Shown here piece by piece: positions 55,402 through 64,000 of a DNA stretch of 64,000 nucleotides. Source of the DNA: a virus. The notes under the pieces are model-generated. The model did not search any database. It had not been told where the DNA came from and saw only the letters and a program-made list of their open reading frames with translations. Location of the stretch: IMG/VR virus record IMGVR_UViG_3300025154_000068, positions 19,035-83,034 of that record; one strand, 5' to 3'. The stretch's first letter is position 1, and each line of letters starts with the position of its first letter. The translations under genes and the position numbers were made by a program.

Positions 55402-55731
55402 TCAGGCACCTACCGATCGGATTGGTCTGTCCAGCCATGCCAACAGGTCATCGGTTTTCACGGTGTACCGGCTTCCAGGCTTCCGTTCGCCAGCCTCAAG
55501 CGGTCCTGGTCCCCACGCGTCAGAGAGGATCTGGCCCACGGTACGACCGGAGGTTGCGGACTCGACGGCGAGCACGCGCTGTGCGCGACGCTGGAAGCGC
55601 TCGATGGTGCCGCGCGCTACCGGGTTGCCCACTTCATCGAGGTCCAGTTCCGCGAACCAACTGAGCATCGCCGAGATGTTCATGCACAGCTCGCCCTCGA
55701 CCTCGAAGATTTTCTCTGGTTCGGATGGCAT
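55402..55731 (-). CDS. Hypothetical protein
   Basis: Directly downstream of ATPase gene. Confidence 0.55.
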   Translation of the reverse strand: MPSEPEKIFEVEGELCMNISAMLSWFAELDLDEVGNPVARGTIERFQRRAQRVLAVESATSGRTVGQILSDAWGPGPLEAGERKPGSRYTVKTDDLLAWLDRPIRSVGA

Positions 55732-55734
55732 GGT

Positions 55735-57252
55735 TCAGCCTTCTGTTCCTGCACTGGCCGCAACGACAGCCTTGGCAGCCTCAAGAATCGACTTGCCATC
55801 GACCACCGCCGACAAGAGAGCGCGCCCGTAGAAGAGCGCAAACTGCTCGACCATGTCGCCGTTTCGATCCATACGAAGCAGTCCTTGCCCTCGGTTGTCC
55901 AATGGGTGAACGGCGTGCCACGAGCCGACCAACGCAAGAACAACCTGCACGAGTCCCATATCGTTCTGAGCGTCGAGAATCCCTTGAATGGCTGGGTGCG
56001 ACTTGTTGACGAGAACGGACCCGCCGAGTTCGTAGTGCCCGATGCGCTCGTCGTTGGGCCATTCGATCAGTTCGATGCGAACGTTCCCGCGAAGTCCCTT
56101 CGTGAACGTGTGACCGGGCTGCGTCTGTTTTGCATTCTTGTGCTTGGCACCGTCTCCAGTGGGCCGCTTGGTCCCGTGTGTGCTGCCCTTGTCTCGCTTT
56201 GCCTTGGTGTTCGGCGGGGCAAGTACATTGTTCACGAACGACTCAGCCCGATTCAGGAGCGCTGCCGATTCGAGTTGCTGCGTCCTGCATTCAGCCCGTT
56301 CAAGAACCGACTTGCAAGCGTCGAACACAGCTCCGTACAACGCGTTCTCGTCCTTGGCGACACCGTCCTTGTTCTTGTTCAGCGTCCACTCTCGACTGAG
56401 CCTCACGGAACCAGAAATGCGGCGGACGCCATACGGGGCACAACCTCGACTCGACGCCGCTTGGATGACGCGGAACCCGTGAAAGTAGGTGATGCCTGGC
56501 CGTTCGTTGGGAACGCCGTCTGCGACGATGCCAACGCAGACTTGAGCGCGCTTGCCGTTGACATCGATCGTTTCGTTGACGTACCCCGGCTCGAGTTCCG
56601 GTCTGTGCCACTGCGTCAGAGGGGTTGGGAGCTGCCCACGCCTTCCGTTGACCAACACGATCTGCTTGCCATCGTTGATCGCTGGTGTGTAGATGTACCC
56701 GAGCAATTCGAGCAACTTGTCCCACTCTTTGCCTTCCGGAACGCGGCGAATCACCGGTTTGACCATAACGTGCGTTCCGATGTCTCCAGGCGCCGACGGC
56801 TTGTCTGGCCGGAGAATGTCCGAAGCCTTGACGGTCCAAGAACTGGACTTGCACAAGTCTGCCCATCTGAGGTTGAGGCGTCTGACCACACCCCCATGTA
56901 CGCTCTTGACAGATGCGCAAGAATCGACGCCGCCGAGCCAAAGCATCGCATCCTTTGCGCCAATACCGTAACGGCCGAGAATGTTCCGCTTCTTATCGTG
57001 CGGCTCATGGCTGCCGAAGCGCACAAGCGGCACGAGAGACTTGCACCCTTCGCCGTTGTCGGACACGAGGATGTGTTGCGCTCCGTCCTTGCGAGGCTTC
57101 CCAAATTCGATCGTGACCGTCGTTGCGCCAGCGTCGAGAGAATTGTCAATCATCTCGCACAGTGCCTTGCTGTAGGTGAGACTTTGCGTCGCAAGGCTCT
57201 GAATCAGATGGGTGCTAGGACTGATATCAAGCGTTTCCAACTCGTCGCTCAT
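55735..57252 (-). CDS. GHKL (MORC/HATPase_c_3-like) ATPase
   Basis: EMIDNSLDA, SDNGEG, GRYGIGAK, GTHV Bergerat motifs. Confidence 0.85.
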   Translation of the reverse strand: MSDELETLDISPSTHLIQSLATQSLTYSKALCEMIDNSLDAGATTVTIEFGKPRKDGAQHILVSDNGEGCKSLVPLVRFGSHEPHDKKRNILGRYGIGAKDAMLWLGGVDSCASVKSVHGGVVRRLNLRWADLCKSSSWTVKASDILRPDKPSAPGDIGTHVMVKPVIRRVPEGKEWDKLLELLGYIYTPAINDGKQIVLVNGRRGQLPTPLTQWHRPELEPGYVNETIDVNGKRAQVCVGIVADGVPNERPGITYFHGFRVIQAASSRGCAPYGVRRISGSVRLSREWTLNKNKDGVAKDENALYGAVFDACKSVLERAECRTQQLESAALLNRAESFVNNVLAPPNTKAKRDKGSTHGTKRPTGDGAKHKNAKQTQPGHTFTKGLRGNVRIELIEWPNDERIGHYELGGSVLVNKSHPAIQGILDAQNDMGLVQVVLALVGSWHAVHPLDNRGQGLLRMDRNGDMVEQFALFYGRALLSAVVDGKSILEAAKAVVAASAGTEG

Positions 57253-58063
57253 TGCACATGTTCTCCAATCGTGTGGCCCATCCGCCAACCATTGCTTCCA
57301 GTTCATCAAGTTGCGACAGCGGGAAGTCGGCCAGCGTCTTTCGAATGCAGTCGTCGACTTCCCAGATCAGCCGCATCGACTTTGCGATGTCGGTTTCCTC
57401 TTCGTCCTCTTCGTCATCGGCAGGGGGCTCTTCGATGACTTCCTCATCGTCTTCCACCAGCGCCAGCTTGGGGCGCTTCTCGCTGGCAGGCTCGGTCGCT
57501 TCGACCGGCTCTGTCTCCGGCTCCGCTTCGCTCGGCTCCGGTGCAGGCTTGCGCGACTTGGGCTTGCGCTTGGCGGGGTATTCCCGCCCGTCGCTCGTGG
57601 TGCGGGTGGGCTCCGTTGGGCATTGCGGAAGTTCCGCAATGATTGACTTGCGCACTGATGCGACGGTCTTGTCCGACACGCCGCACTGCGTAGCAATCCA
57701 GCGGTCGGAACGGTGGGACCATTCCTCATCGGTCAACAGGACAGTGACCGCGCGGCGCATGTCAGCCCGTGTGCGCTTGAGTCCGTGCGCCGCGTTGGCC
57801 CCTACCGAAAACAGGATAGCGTCACGACGAGTCCCCTGCCGGACGTCCACCTGTATCGACTTCTTGCCGACGGACACCGCAGCATCAACACGATGGAAGC
57901 CATCAGCAAGCCAATGGTCCGTCCCATCGTGGAAGACGACGACGGGTGGGAACGTCGCATTGCCGCGCATCGCCTCCGCGTACTCCGCGACTGTTTCTTC
58001 GTCGCGTGACTCGCGTGTTTGCGTTCCGCCGTCGAGGCGAATCTTCGCAATGGACAGTTGCAT
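57227..58063 (-). CDS. ParB/Srx-like N-terminal domain protein with HTH
   Basis: GGTQTR, FPPVVVF, LADGFHR, SDRWIATQCGVSDKTV. Confidence 0.85.
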   Translation of the reverse strand: MQLSIAKIRLDGGTQTRESRDEETVAEYAEAMRGNATFPPVVVFHDGTDHWLADGFHRVDAAVSVGKKSIQVDVRQGTRRDAILFSVGANAAHGLKRTRADMRRAVTVLLTDEEWSHRSDRWIATQCGVSDKTVASVRKSIIAELPQCPTEPTRTTSDGREYPAKRKPKSRKPAPEPSEAEPETEPVEATEPASEKRPKLALVEDDEEVIEEPPADDEEDEEETDIAKSMRLIWEVDDCIRKTLADFPLSQLDELEAMVGGWATRLENMCNERRVGNA

Positions 58064-58064
58064 C

Positions 58065-58373
58065 TCAGCCCTCCGTCCCGCTCTTCGCCTTCTCGCAGTC
58101 GCACCGGTGGAAGGTGCCCGTGTCGTCGGGTTTGGCAGCCACCGCAATCTGATCGATGCGCGCCTGCTCTTCCTCGGTCCGCCACCACTCGCGAGGGATG
58201 CTCAGGACCAAGGCGAGAATGTCGCGCTGTTCCGTGTCCGGTCGACTATCCCCGCTCAGCCAAGCGGACACCGACGGTTGTTTCACCCCAACCAAATCGG
58301 CCAAACCGCCCTGCGACAACTCGAGGGCCCTCATATGGTCTTGCAAAGCCTCTCGGCCCTTCGTGTTCACCAT
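58065..58373 (-). CDS. Cro-like XRE HTH protein
   Basis: LSQGGLADLVGVKQPSVSAWLSGDSRP; divergent from repressor. Confidence 0.85.
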   Translation of the reverse strand: MVNTKGREALQDHMRALELSQGGLADLVGVKQPSVSAWLSGDSRPDTEQRDILALVLSIPREWWRTEEEQARIDQIAVAAKPDDTGTFHRCDCEKAKSGTEG

Positions 58374-58381
58374 GGCCCATA

Positions 58382-58409
58382 GGTATAGGGATAGCTATGC
58401 CAGAGTCAA
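58382..58409 (-). promoter_or_regulatory. Early promoter/operator for Cro operon
   Basis: TTGACT-16nt-TATACC with ATAGCTAT palindrome in spacer. Confidence 0.6.
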
Positions 58410-58468
58410 GAGCAAATCGTGTCTCGAACATAACCTTCCCTATCGGCACTCGTTCTACCATCAGGTCC

Positions 58469-59005
58469 ATGGCGGACTTGGCGCATGACGAAAACGAGCG
58501 GCTCCGGGATGCGATGCGCTTGGCGAAGGACGAGTTGTTCGGCGGAAACGTCACCAGCATGGCCAAGGCTATCGGCCGGTCGCAGCCGTCGATTTCGGAC
58601 TTCCTGAACGGCGTGGGCGGCGCGAGCCTCGAGACCGCCCGCCGGTTCGCCAAGGTGACGGGGCAGCCGCTCTGGAAGATTCTCGGCGCTGAGACCTCGA
58701 CGGTGCCAACGCGCCCAGTTCGAGACAGTCTTCACTTCCTTCCAGACACGATTCACCTCGACGAGTCCGAGCGTGCACACGTGGTCGCCGCGATGACGCG
58801 CGGAGTCTCCGAGGGCACCGTACTGGATGTGGTGTCGACGCTCGCGAGCGGAGCGGAGCGGCCTACGCCAGAGGAGCTCTACCAGATGCTTCGAGGGACG
58901 CAGCAGCTCAAGCGCGGCGCGGCAGTTGGCGCCACCATGGAAGAGGAAACGCTTCCGTCTGTTGAATCGGTCAAGCGTGGCCCAAAGCGGAAGGGGGCTC
59001 GATGA
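58469..59005 (+). CDS. CI/ImmR-like repressor (XRE HTH, no S24 peptidase domain)
   Basis: NVTSMAKAIGRSQPSISDFLNG; divergent from Cro. Confidence 0.8.
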   Translation: MADLAHDENERLRDAMRLAKDELFGGNVTSMAKAIGRSQPSISDFLNGVGGASLETARRFAKVTGQPLWKILGAETSTVPTRPVRDSLHFLPDTIHLDESERAHVVAAMTRGVSEGTVLDVVSTLASGAERPTPEELYQMLRGTQQLKRGAAVGATMEEETLPSVESVKRGPKRKGAR

Positions 59006-59387
59006 CAGGCGAGGAGACGGACCTGTTCGTGGATCGCTCCGTTCGCGTGACAACCCATCGCATCGTGATCAACAGCACCACTTATGCGCTGGCCAACGTG
59101 ACGAGCGTGTCATCGTACGTCCAGCCAAGGCCACTCCTCATCGTTCTTTGGTCTGCTGCTGGCGCTCGCCGCCGGCTCTTGCATCTTGGTCGATTGCTCA
59201 AGCAGCCGGGTTATCGGATTCGTCGAGCTGTTCGTTGCGGTATTTTTGGTCGCGATGTACGTGAAGTGGCCCAGGTCGTACTGGGTTCGTATAGGCACAG
59301 CCGGCGCTGAGACCAATGCCGTGTCTGGACCGAGGGAATGGGTAGGGCGTCGTTCTGGCCATCAACACGGCCATCACCAGAAGGTGA
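59002..59387 (+). pseudogene. DUF6232-like membrane protein with two apparent frameshifts
   Basis: VRVTTHRIVINSTTYALANVTSV start; TM segment and AINTAI end lie in different frames (shifts near 59145 and 59345). Confidence 0.65.
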
Positions 59388-59389
59388 GG

Positions 59390-60055
59390 CTACGCCACAG
59401 CTTCGTCGTCCAGCAGTAGCGCCACCCGCTGCCGATCGTCCGTGAGTCTTGCGCGTCGGACCCCTGGGCCGGCTACCCGACGCACGTCGCGGATTCGAGC
59501 CGTCGCCAGGCGTCGGATGTCTGACTCTGGCGGCAACGAGACCTCCGAGAGCGACCGCACGCGGACCAACTGTGGTGAGACGACGATGACGGCAGGAAGA
59601 GCCCCCGCTTCCCCGAGTCGAAGAGCCACCGCGGTCTGTGAGGCTTGGAACACTTCGGCCAGCCCGGCGATATCGTCCCCGAGTTCCCGCCTCGCGTCTC
59701 GTAGTGCTCGATGAGGGATGACGAGACACGCCGCGACGTAGTCCGCCTCGAGCTCCAGCAAGGGCGACCGTTCCTCCCGGTGATGGTCGAGGATGTGGTG
59801 CCCGAGTTCGTGAGCGATGGCGAAGCGCTCCTCGATGGGTGACAACCCGCGCCGAAGGTAGATGCGCACCTGCCCATCGAGCCTCGAAAGCGTGGCCGAT
59901 GCTCCGCGTGGCAGAGCTGAGGCTGGCACCCTTCGAACAGCGTCCGAGCCGAGCACCCGGCGCGCCACCATCAGCATCGACACGGCTGATGTTCCGTCGA
60001 CCCCAGCCGATCGGAGCGCATGTTCCGCGGCTCCCTCCAGGTTCGATTGGTCCAC
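59390..60055 (-). CDS. ImmA/IrrE family metallopeptidase
   Basis: RFAIAHELGH, ELEADYVAACLVIP, LAEVFQAS. Confidence 0.85.
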   Translation of the reverse strand: MDQSNLEGAAEHALRSAGVDGTSAVSMLMVARRVLGSDAVRRVPASALPRGASATLSRLDGQVRIYLRRGLSPIEERFAIAHELGHHILDHHREERSPLLELEADYVAACLVIPHRALRDARRELGDDIAGLAEVFQASQTAVALRLGEAGALPAVIVVSPQLVRVRSLSEVSLPPESDIRRLATARIRDVRRVAGPGVRRARLTDDRQRVALLLDDEAVA

Positions 60056-60156
60056 AGGCGAACGGTAGCTCCATTCCCGGAGCGCGTCTCGACGTATCGA
60101 TGTCGCACACGTAACCACCCGAATCAGAAAAACGACATGGGTCATAGCCAAGCCTA

Positions 60157-60185
60157 TTGACTCCGCACATAGGAATAGCTATATC
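60157..60185 (+). promoter_or_regulatory. Early rightward promoter/operator
   Basis: TTGACT-17nt-TATATC with ATAGGAATAGCTAT, matching ATAGGGATAGCTAT at 58385-58398. Confidence 0.65.
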
Positions 60186-60206
60186 TATCAAACCACGGAG
60201 GAACCC

Positions 60207-60419
60207 ATGCTCGACCAAACCGCCACCCTCGATTCCCTGGACTTCTCCTGCGAAGGCATGCGCCCCACTGAGAAGCGCACCGGGCGCCTGGCCCGCGCTG
60301 GCGAGAAGACCTTCCTGGTCCGCCTCCCCCGCGGCAAGGTCATCGGCAAGGCTCACACGGAGGCTCTCGCCGTGTCGCTGGCGGAGTCCGTGGGCGGAAC
60401 GGTCGAGGTGGCAGCGTGA
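60207..60419 (+). CDS. Hypothetical early protein
   Basis: GGAGGA RBS; first gene of operon. Confidence 0.7.
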   Translation: MLDQTATLDSLDFSCEGMRPTEKRTGRLARAGEKTFLVRLPRGKVIGKAHTEALAVSLAESVGGTVEVAA

Positions 60420-60640
60420 GCCCGCAGAAGGCAGTCGAGCGGCTGGCCGCCGTCGGCCTGGACGCCCACGTGACGGTCGGCCGCGTCTTCTCGTCGGACC
60501 GCGGCGTCCGATTCGAGGCCTGCGTGTACCGGCGCACCGAGGGGCGACTCGGCGCTCCGCTGGCGACTGGCTCGCATCCCACGAGCCGGGCGAAGGCGGT
60601 GGATGCCGCGGTGGCCGATATGGCGTGGTGGCAGTCGTGA
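60416..60640 (+). CDS. Hypothetical protein
   Basis: GTGA coupling. Confidence 0.6.
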   Translation: MSPQKAVERLAAVGLDAHVTVGRVFSSDRGVRFEACVYRRTEGRLGAPLATGSHPTSRAKAVDAAVADMAWWQS

Positions 60641-60909
60641 GGCCCATCTGCTGTCAGTGTCATGACCTCGGCTGCCCAGCCTGCGGCATGGCCGTCCAGA
60701 ACCCCACGGTCGCGGCCTGGGAAGCGGCCCATGCCGAGCTCGAGACGGCGCTCCAGGGCGTCGCTGTCGGGCTGGCCTACGGCGAGACGTGGGCCCGCGT
60801 CACGGTCGGCGGCAGGCGGATTGCGATGGTCGAGGCGGTCGATGCCATCACCGCCATCCGCGAAGTCACCGCTCTGGTGCTTCGGTACGCGGCGGAGGAT
60901 GCAGCATGA
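60637..60909 (+). CDS. Hypothetical protein with N-terminal CxxC..CxxC
   Basis: GTGA coupling. Confidence 0.55.
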   Translation: MRPICCQCHDLGCPACGMAVQNPTVAAWEAAHAELETALQGVAVGLAYGETWARVTVGGRRIAMVEAVDAITAIREVTALVLRYAAEDAA

Positions 60910-61709
60910 CCACCGACCTCGCCCGCCGGGCCACTGTCGTGGAACTCGTCCGCGTCTACCAGCAGGCCGTGGATGACATCCAAGCAGCGTTCCTCGTGAT
61001 CGATGCCGCGGAGAAGCGTCTGAGCACGGCGTTCACGTTCAACGGCGAGTACCGGCACATCAATATCCGTGACCGCCAATTCCACTGCATGAGCTTCGAC
61101 GACCCGACGTCAACGCTCGAAGCCCTCAAGCGGGACACGTGGAAGGCGTTCGTGGAGCGCCTTGAGATCCGGGCCATGCTCTCGGTGGCCAGGGCCAAGG
61201 AACTGGACACCCAGCTCGAGCGCGGTGAGCTACCCGAGATCACTGAGGCCAGCGTGTTCGCCTTCGCCCGGGGCTACGCCGAGCAGTTGGACACGATGCT
61301 GCGAGAGGCGGTGGAAGAGGTGTTCGACTTCCTGCGGCCCCGCGGGTCGCAGTACAAGACCAACACGGAGTTCGCGCTCGGCAAGAAGTGCATCCTCGAA
61401 TACAGGGTCGACTCGGACTGGCTCACATGCTTTCGCGTAAACCACTACCGAGAGGCGGAGTTGACCGCGCTTGAGAATGTGTTCAGCGCACTCGACGGCA
61501 AGGGTCAGGTCCACAAGAACCACAGGGCCGACATCGTCAACGCGATCAACGCCACGCGGCTTGATAGCGATGGGCGATGGTCGACCGACTACTTCGAAGG
61601 CCGATGCTTCCGCAATCGCAATCTGCATCTGTCCTTCAAACGTCCTGATCTGGTCGCCAGGCTGAACCGAATTGCTGGCGGCAAGCGCCTCGGGAAGGCG
61701 GCAGCATGA
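60906..61709 (+). CDS. DUF4942-like protein
   Basis: VEEVFDFLRP..YKTN..GKKCIL, DYFEGRCFRNRNLHLSFKRPDLV. Confidence 0.75.
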   Translation: MTTDLARRATVVELVRVYQQAVDDIQAAFLVIDAAEKRLSTAFTFNGEYRHINIRDRQFHCMSFDDPTSTLEALKRDTWKAFVERLEIRAMLSVARAKELDTQLERGELPEITEASVFAFARGYAEQLDTMLREAVEEVFDFLRPRGSQYKTNTEFALGKKCILEYRVDSDWLTCFRVNHYREAELTALENVFSALDGKGQVHKNHRADIVNAINATRLDSDGRWSTDYFEGRCFRNRNLHLSFKRPDLVARLNRIAGGKRLGKAAA

Positions 61710-61945
61710 GCACCAAGCCAACGCGGTGTGTCCGCCTGACAATGAACCTGGTCATTCAGCTTGAGGCTGCGGTGGATTCGGTGCCCAGCGTCGACTTCGA
61801 CGCGCTGCAAGAGGCCGTACTTGAGGAGGTGGATTCGCAATGGGATGGCGTCGAGGCCATCCTGCCGGGTGCCAGGATGAAGGTGTCCTTGGCCTACCCC
61901 AAGTGTGAATTGCTTGTCATCGAGCACTCGTTGGGGGAGCCATGA
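61706..61945 (+). CDS. Hypothetical protein
   Basis: ATGA coupling. Confidence 0.55.
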   Translation: MSTKPTRCVRLTMNLVIQLEAAVDSVPSVDFDALQEAVLEEVDSQWDGVEAILPGARMKVSLAYPKCELLVIEHSLGEP

Positions 61946-62175
61946 ATCCCATCTGCGTCTGCTCATGCGGCCGTGTCTACACCGCTCTTACGTGGGCTCT
62001 GCTCCCGCTCGCTGGCACGCAGGAGATGCCGTGGGCCGAGATATTGGAGCTTCGGACGTGCGTCTGCGGGTCAACTCGGGCGGTTACGATCCAGCCTGGC
62101 GAATGGGATGAGAGCGAGCTTGACCCGAGAGACCCGGACCTGGCGGTGCGGGCTTTGATGCGGAGGGTGGCGTGA
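61942..62175 (+). CDS. Small Zn-ribbon protein
   Basis: CSCG...CVCG; coupled. Confidence 0.55.
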   Translation: MNPICVCSCGRVYTALTWALLPLAGTQEMPWAEILELRTCVCGSTRAVTIQPGEWDESELDPRDPDLAVRALMRRVA

Positions 62176-62585
62176 GCCTACACGTTTTCAAGAGCGAGTG
62201 TGATTGGGTCGTTGCCGAAAGCCCAGACGACGCGTGGGCGGCGTGGCGCGAGTTCACCGGGGAGAGTCGGGAGGACTACGAAGACGAGATCGAATTCGAG
62301 GCCGAACCCGACGACAATTTGCTCACGATCTGGAACGACGATACCGACTTCAACCACTGCGAGTGTAGGGCAAAGATCGAAGCCCACAAGGCGACCGTCG
62401 ACAAACAGGTAAAGGCTATTGAGGCACAGCCTGCGGTTGCTAGGGCGGTGCTGTGGGGGGTCGAGAAGTCTCCACCCGCTCACCCAAACGGGCACCTGGT
62501 GGGCTGCGACGTCGGCCAAGAGCGAAAGACATGCGGGCAGTGGGCCGCTGAAGGGCGTGGATTCCTGTGCTCCACGGAGTATTGA
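62172..62585 (+). CDS. Hypothetical protein
   Basis: Coupled; GRGFLCSTEY end. Confidence 0.6.
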   Translation: MSLHVFKSECDWVVAESPDDAWAAWREFTGESREDYEDEIEFEAEPDDNLLTIWNDDTDFNHCECRAKIEAHKATVDKQVKAIEAQPAVARAVLWGVEKSPPAHPNGHLVGCDVGQERKTCGQWAAEGRGFLCSTEY

Positions 62586-62690
62586 CATGAGCAAGAATAC
62601 GGTGCACGCAGGCTTCCGCCGCAAGCGGGACGCGGAAGCGTTCCTGCTCCGTCTGCCCGTTGAGGCTCGGGGGATACTTCGGAGGATGCC

Positions 62691-63083
62691 GTGAAAATTA
62701 TCCAAGTGACGCCCAGTTGGCACACCACGATTCAGCTTGGCGGAGGCTTGCCATCCGGGATTGCACCAGTGTTCTATCTGTCGGAAACGATCCTCGTGTC
62801 AGTCCGCGAGTTGCCAGATGGCACCAAAGCCTACCTGCCAAGGTTCGTTGCCCGCTTTGCGCTGTCGCACACCGAGGCTCACCAGGCGGTGCTCGACAAG
62901 CTTTGGACGTGGAACGATCGAGAATGGGGAGGAGAGGCCATCGAACTCCCGTCTCGGATTGCCGAACGTTGGATGATGGCATGGGTCAGTGACCTGCACA
63001 TCCTCAGTGCCCAGGGACTGTTGGAGTACCGATACTATACGTCGGTCACAGAGGGATGGCGTGCGGAGTCTTACCCGTCATGA
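62691..63083 (+). CDS. Hypothetical protein
   Basis: GGAGG RBS before GTG. Confidence 0.55.
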   Translation: MKIIQVTPSWHTTIQLGGGLPSGIAPVFYLSETILVSVRELPDGTKAYLPRFVARFALSHTEAHQAVLDKLWTWNDREWGGEAIELPSRIAERWMMAWVSDLHILSAQGLLEYRYYTSVTEGWRAESYPS

Positions 63084-63337
63084 CCCGCGAAGAGTGGCTG
63101 ATGGCGCTGTCCTTCCTCGCCTCGTGCGAGGCAGACGCGGCGGCGCTCCGGGGCGAGTCGGAGCTTCAGCAGTACATGTTCGCGCTGTCGGATGAGGCGT
63201 CGAGCATGGCCGGCCCCGACCCGGACTCTGCATGGGAAGGCATGCGCCGATGGATCGAGTCTCGACCACCGCGTGCGACTGGGGTGCTCGACGGGTGTCC
63301 GCCCGTTCCTCAGACACACGCGGTGTTGGGGATTTGA
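63080..63337 (+). CDS. Hypothetical protein
   Basis: ATGA coupling. Confidence 0.5.
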   Translation: MTREEWLMALSFLASCEADAAALRGESELQQYMFALSDEASSMAGPDPDSAWEGMRRWIESRPPRATGVLDGCPPVPQTHAVLGI

Positions 63338-63350
63338 GAAGGAGGTATTT

Positions 63351-63821
63351 GTGGAAGCTAAGGCAATGCCAAGGAATGCAGAAGTCGACCGGGTAGCCAA
63401 GGTAATCAAACGCGCCCGAAGCGAGGGAGAAGCCTGGCCTCTCCTCGTGTGCGATGAGGTTTTGATACTTTGGGACAGGTGGCCGATGCTGCGAAACTCG
63501 GTTGATGGTCGGCCCACGTTCGCCGCGTGGCTGCGAAAGCACTGCACTGGACGCTCGTGGACGCCTGGCAAGTTCAAGAGCGTCAAGGCTGTCGTGGAGC
63601 GCCTCGGGGAGTCGTGCCGTCGAACGTGGACCTGGCCTGCGGCGCAGTGGGCCAACAACGCCTTGTCCGATGAGGAGTTGTTCCTCGTTCGAAGGCGATA
63701 CCCCGATTGGCTGGCAGGCAACGACGGGCACCCTTTGAGCAAGGGGCAAGTGCAGGCTCGCGTGAAGGCGATGCGTGGTGATGACAACGGAAGAACGAAA
63801 GCGAGTGAGGAGCTTGGATGA
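63351..63821 (+). CDS. Hypothetical protein
   Basis: AAGGAGGT RBS before GTG 63351. Confidence 0.6.
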   Translation: MEAKAMPRNAEVDRVAKVIKRARSEGEAWPLLVCDEVLILWDRWPMLRNSVDGRPTFAAWLRKHCTGRSWTPGKFKSVKAVVERLGESCRRTWTWPAAQWANNALSDEELFLVRRRYPDWLAGNDGHPLSKGQVQARVKAMRGDDNGRTKASEELG

Positions 63822-63873
63822 CAACGAAGGGCCCCGAGCGCGACGCGATGGAGAATGGCAACGATAACGATCA

Positions 63874-63952
63874 AGCGATTGCAGCGGATGCCAACGACCT
63901 GGACAGAGCGAGCGATTGCAGCGGATGCCAACGACCTGGACAGAGCGAGCGA
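63874..63952. repeat. 37-bp perfect tandem duplication
   Basis: AGCGATTGCAGCGGATGCCAACGACCTGGACAGAGCG x2 plus AGCGA. Confidence 0.9.
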
Positions 63953-64000
63953 CGACGGGGAATGACAACGAGGCTCCGGAAGCGAGCGTTACAGCGCAAT

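Larger units (their letters stand above)
1..64000. mobile_element. Temperate contractile-tailed phage/prophage (Mu-like virion module, lambdoid-like control and replication); ends not visible in window
   Basis: Co-linear terminase-portal-MuF-protease-capsid-tail-baseplate-lysis genes plus integrase, repressor, DnaB; no host housekeeping genes recognised. Confidence 0.93.

Noticed and set aside
53749-57438. 1229-aa + strand ORF
   Set aside because: Antisense shadow of several motif-bearing minus-strand genes; no recognisable domain; such shadows are common at high GC. In the MuF intein case, by contrast, the antisense frame has the motifs and RBS.
63874-63952. Possible CRISPR repeat (37 bp)
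   Set aside because: Copies are directly adjacent with no spacer, and no cas genes are present
1-64000. Transposable Mu-type phage
   Set aside because: Virion genes are Mu-like, but no MuA/MuB was recognised; an integrase and initiator/DnaB are present instead

Overview
The whole window reads as most of one high-GC temperate myovirus genome (prophage or free phage). The many Cys-rich lipoproteins suggest a myxobacterial-type host, which is inference only. On the minus strand, read right to left, it carries: a Cro/CI/ImmA-like switch (58.0-60.2 kb); an early operon with a ParB-like protein, a GHKL/MORC-type ATPase, a CII-like regulator and an internally placed tyrosine integrase; three DNA methyltransferases; an initiator with iterons, DnaB and a sigma-70 factor; terminase; Mu-like portal, MuF, protease and capsid; a contractile tail and baseplate containing an FG-GAP propeller; then a second sigma factor and a lysis/accessory region. 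The most striking signal is that both inteins (TerL and MuF) lack an in-frame endonuclease. Each instead contains a complete, separately encoded endonuclease ORF nested in another reading frame: an HNH/Zn-finger gene in a shifted frame on the same strand (TerL intein), and an HTH + PD-(D/E)xK-like gene on the antisense strand with its own RBS (MuF intein). Other highlights are a 139-nt tRNA-like RNA, an RBS-sequestering RNA switch upstream of an antirepressor-like gene, a MuF toxin/immunity-like pair and a -1 tail-chaperone frameshift. All family assignments come from motif recognition by eye; no searches were run.
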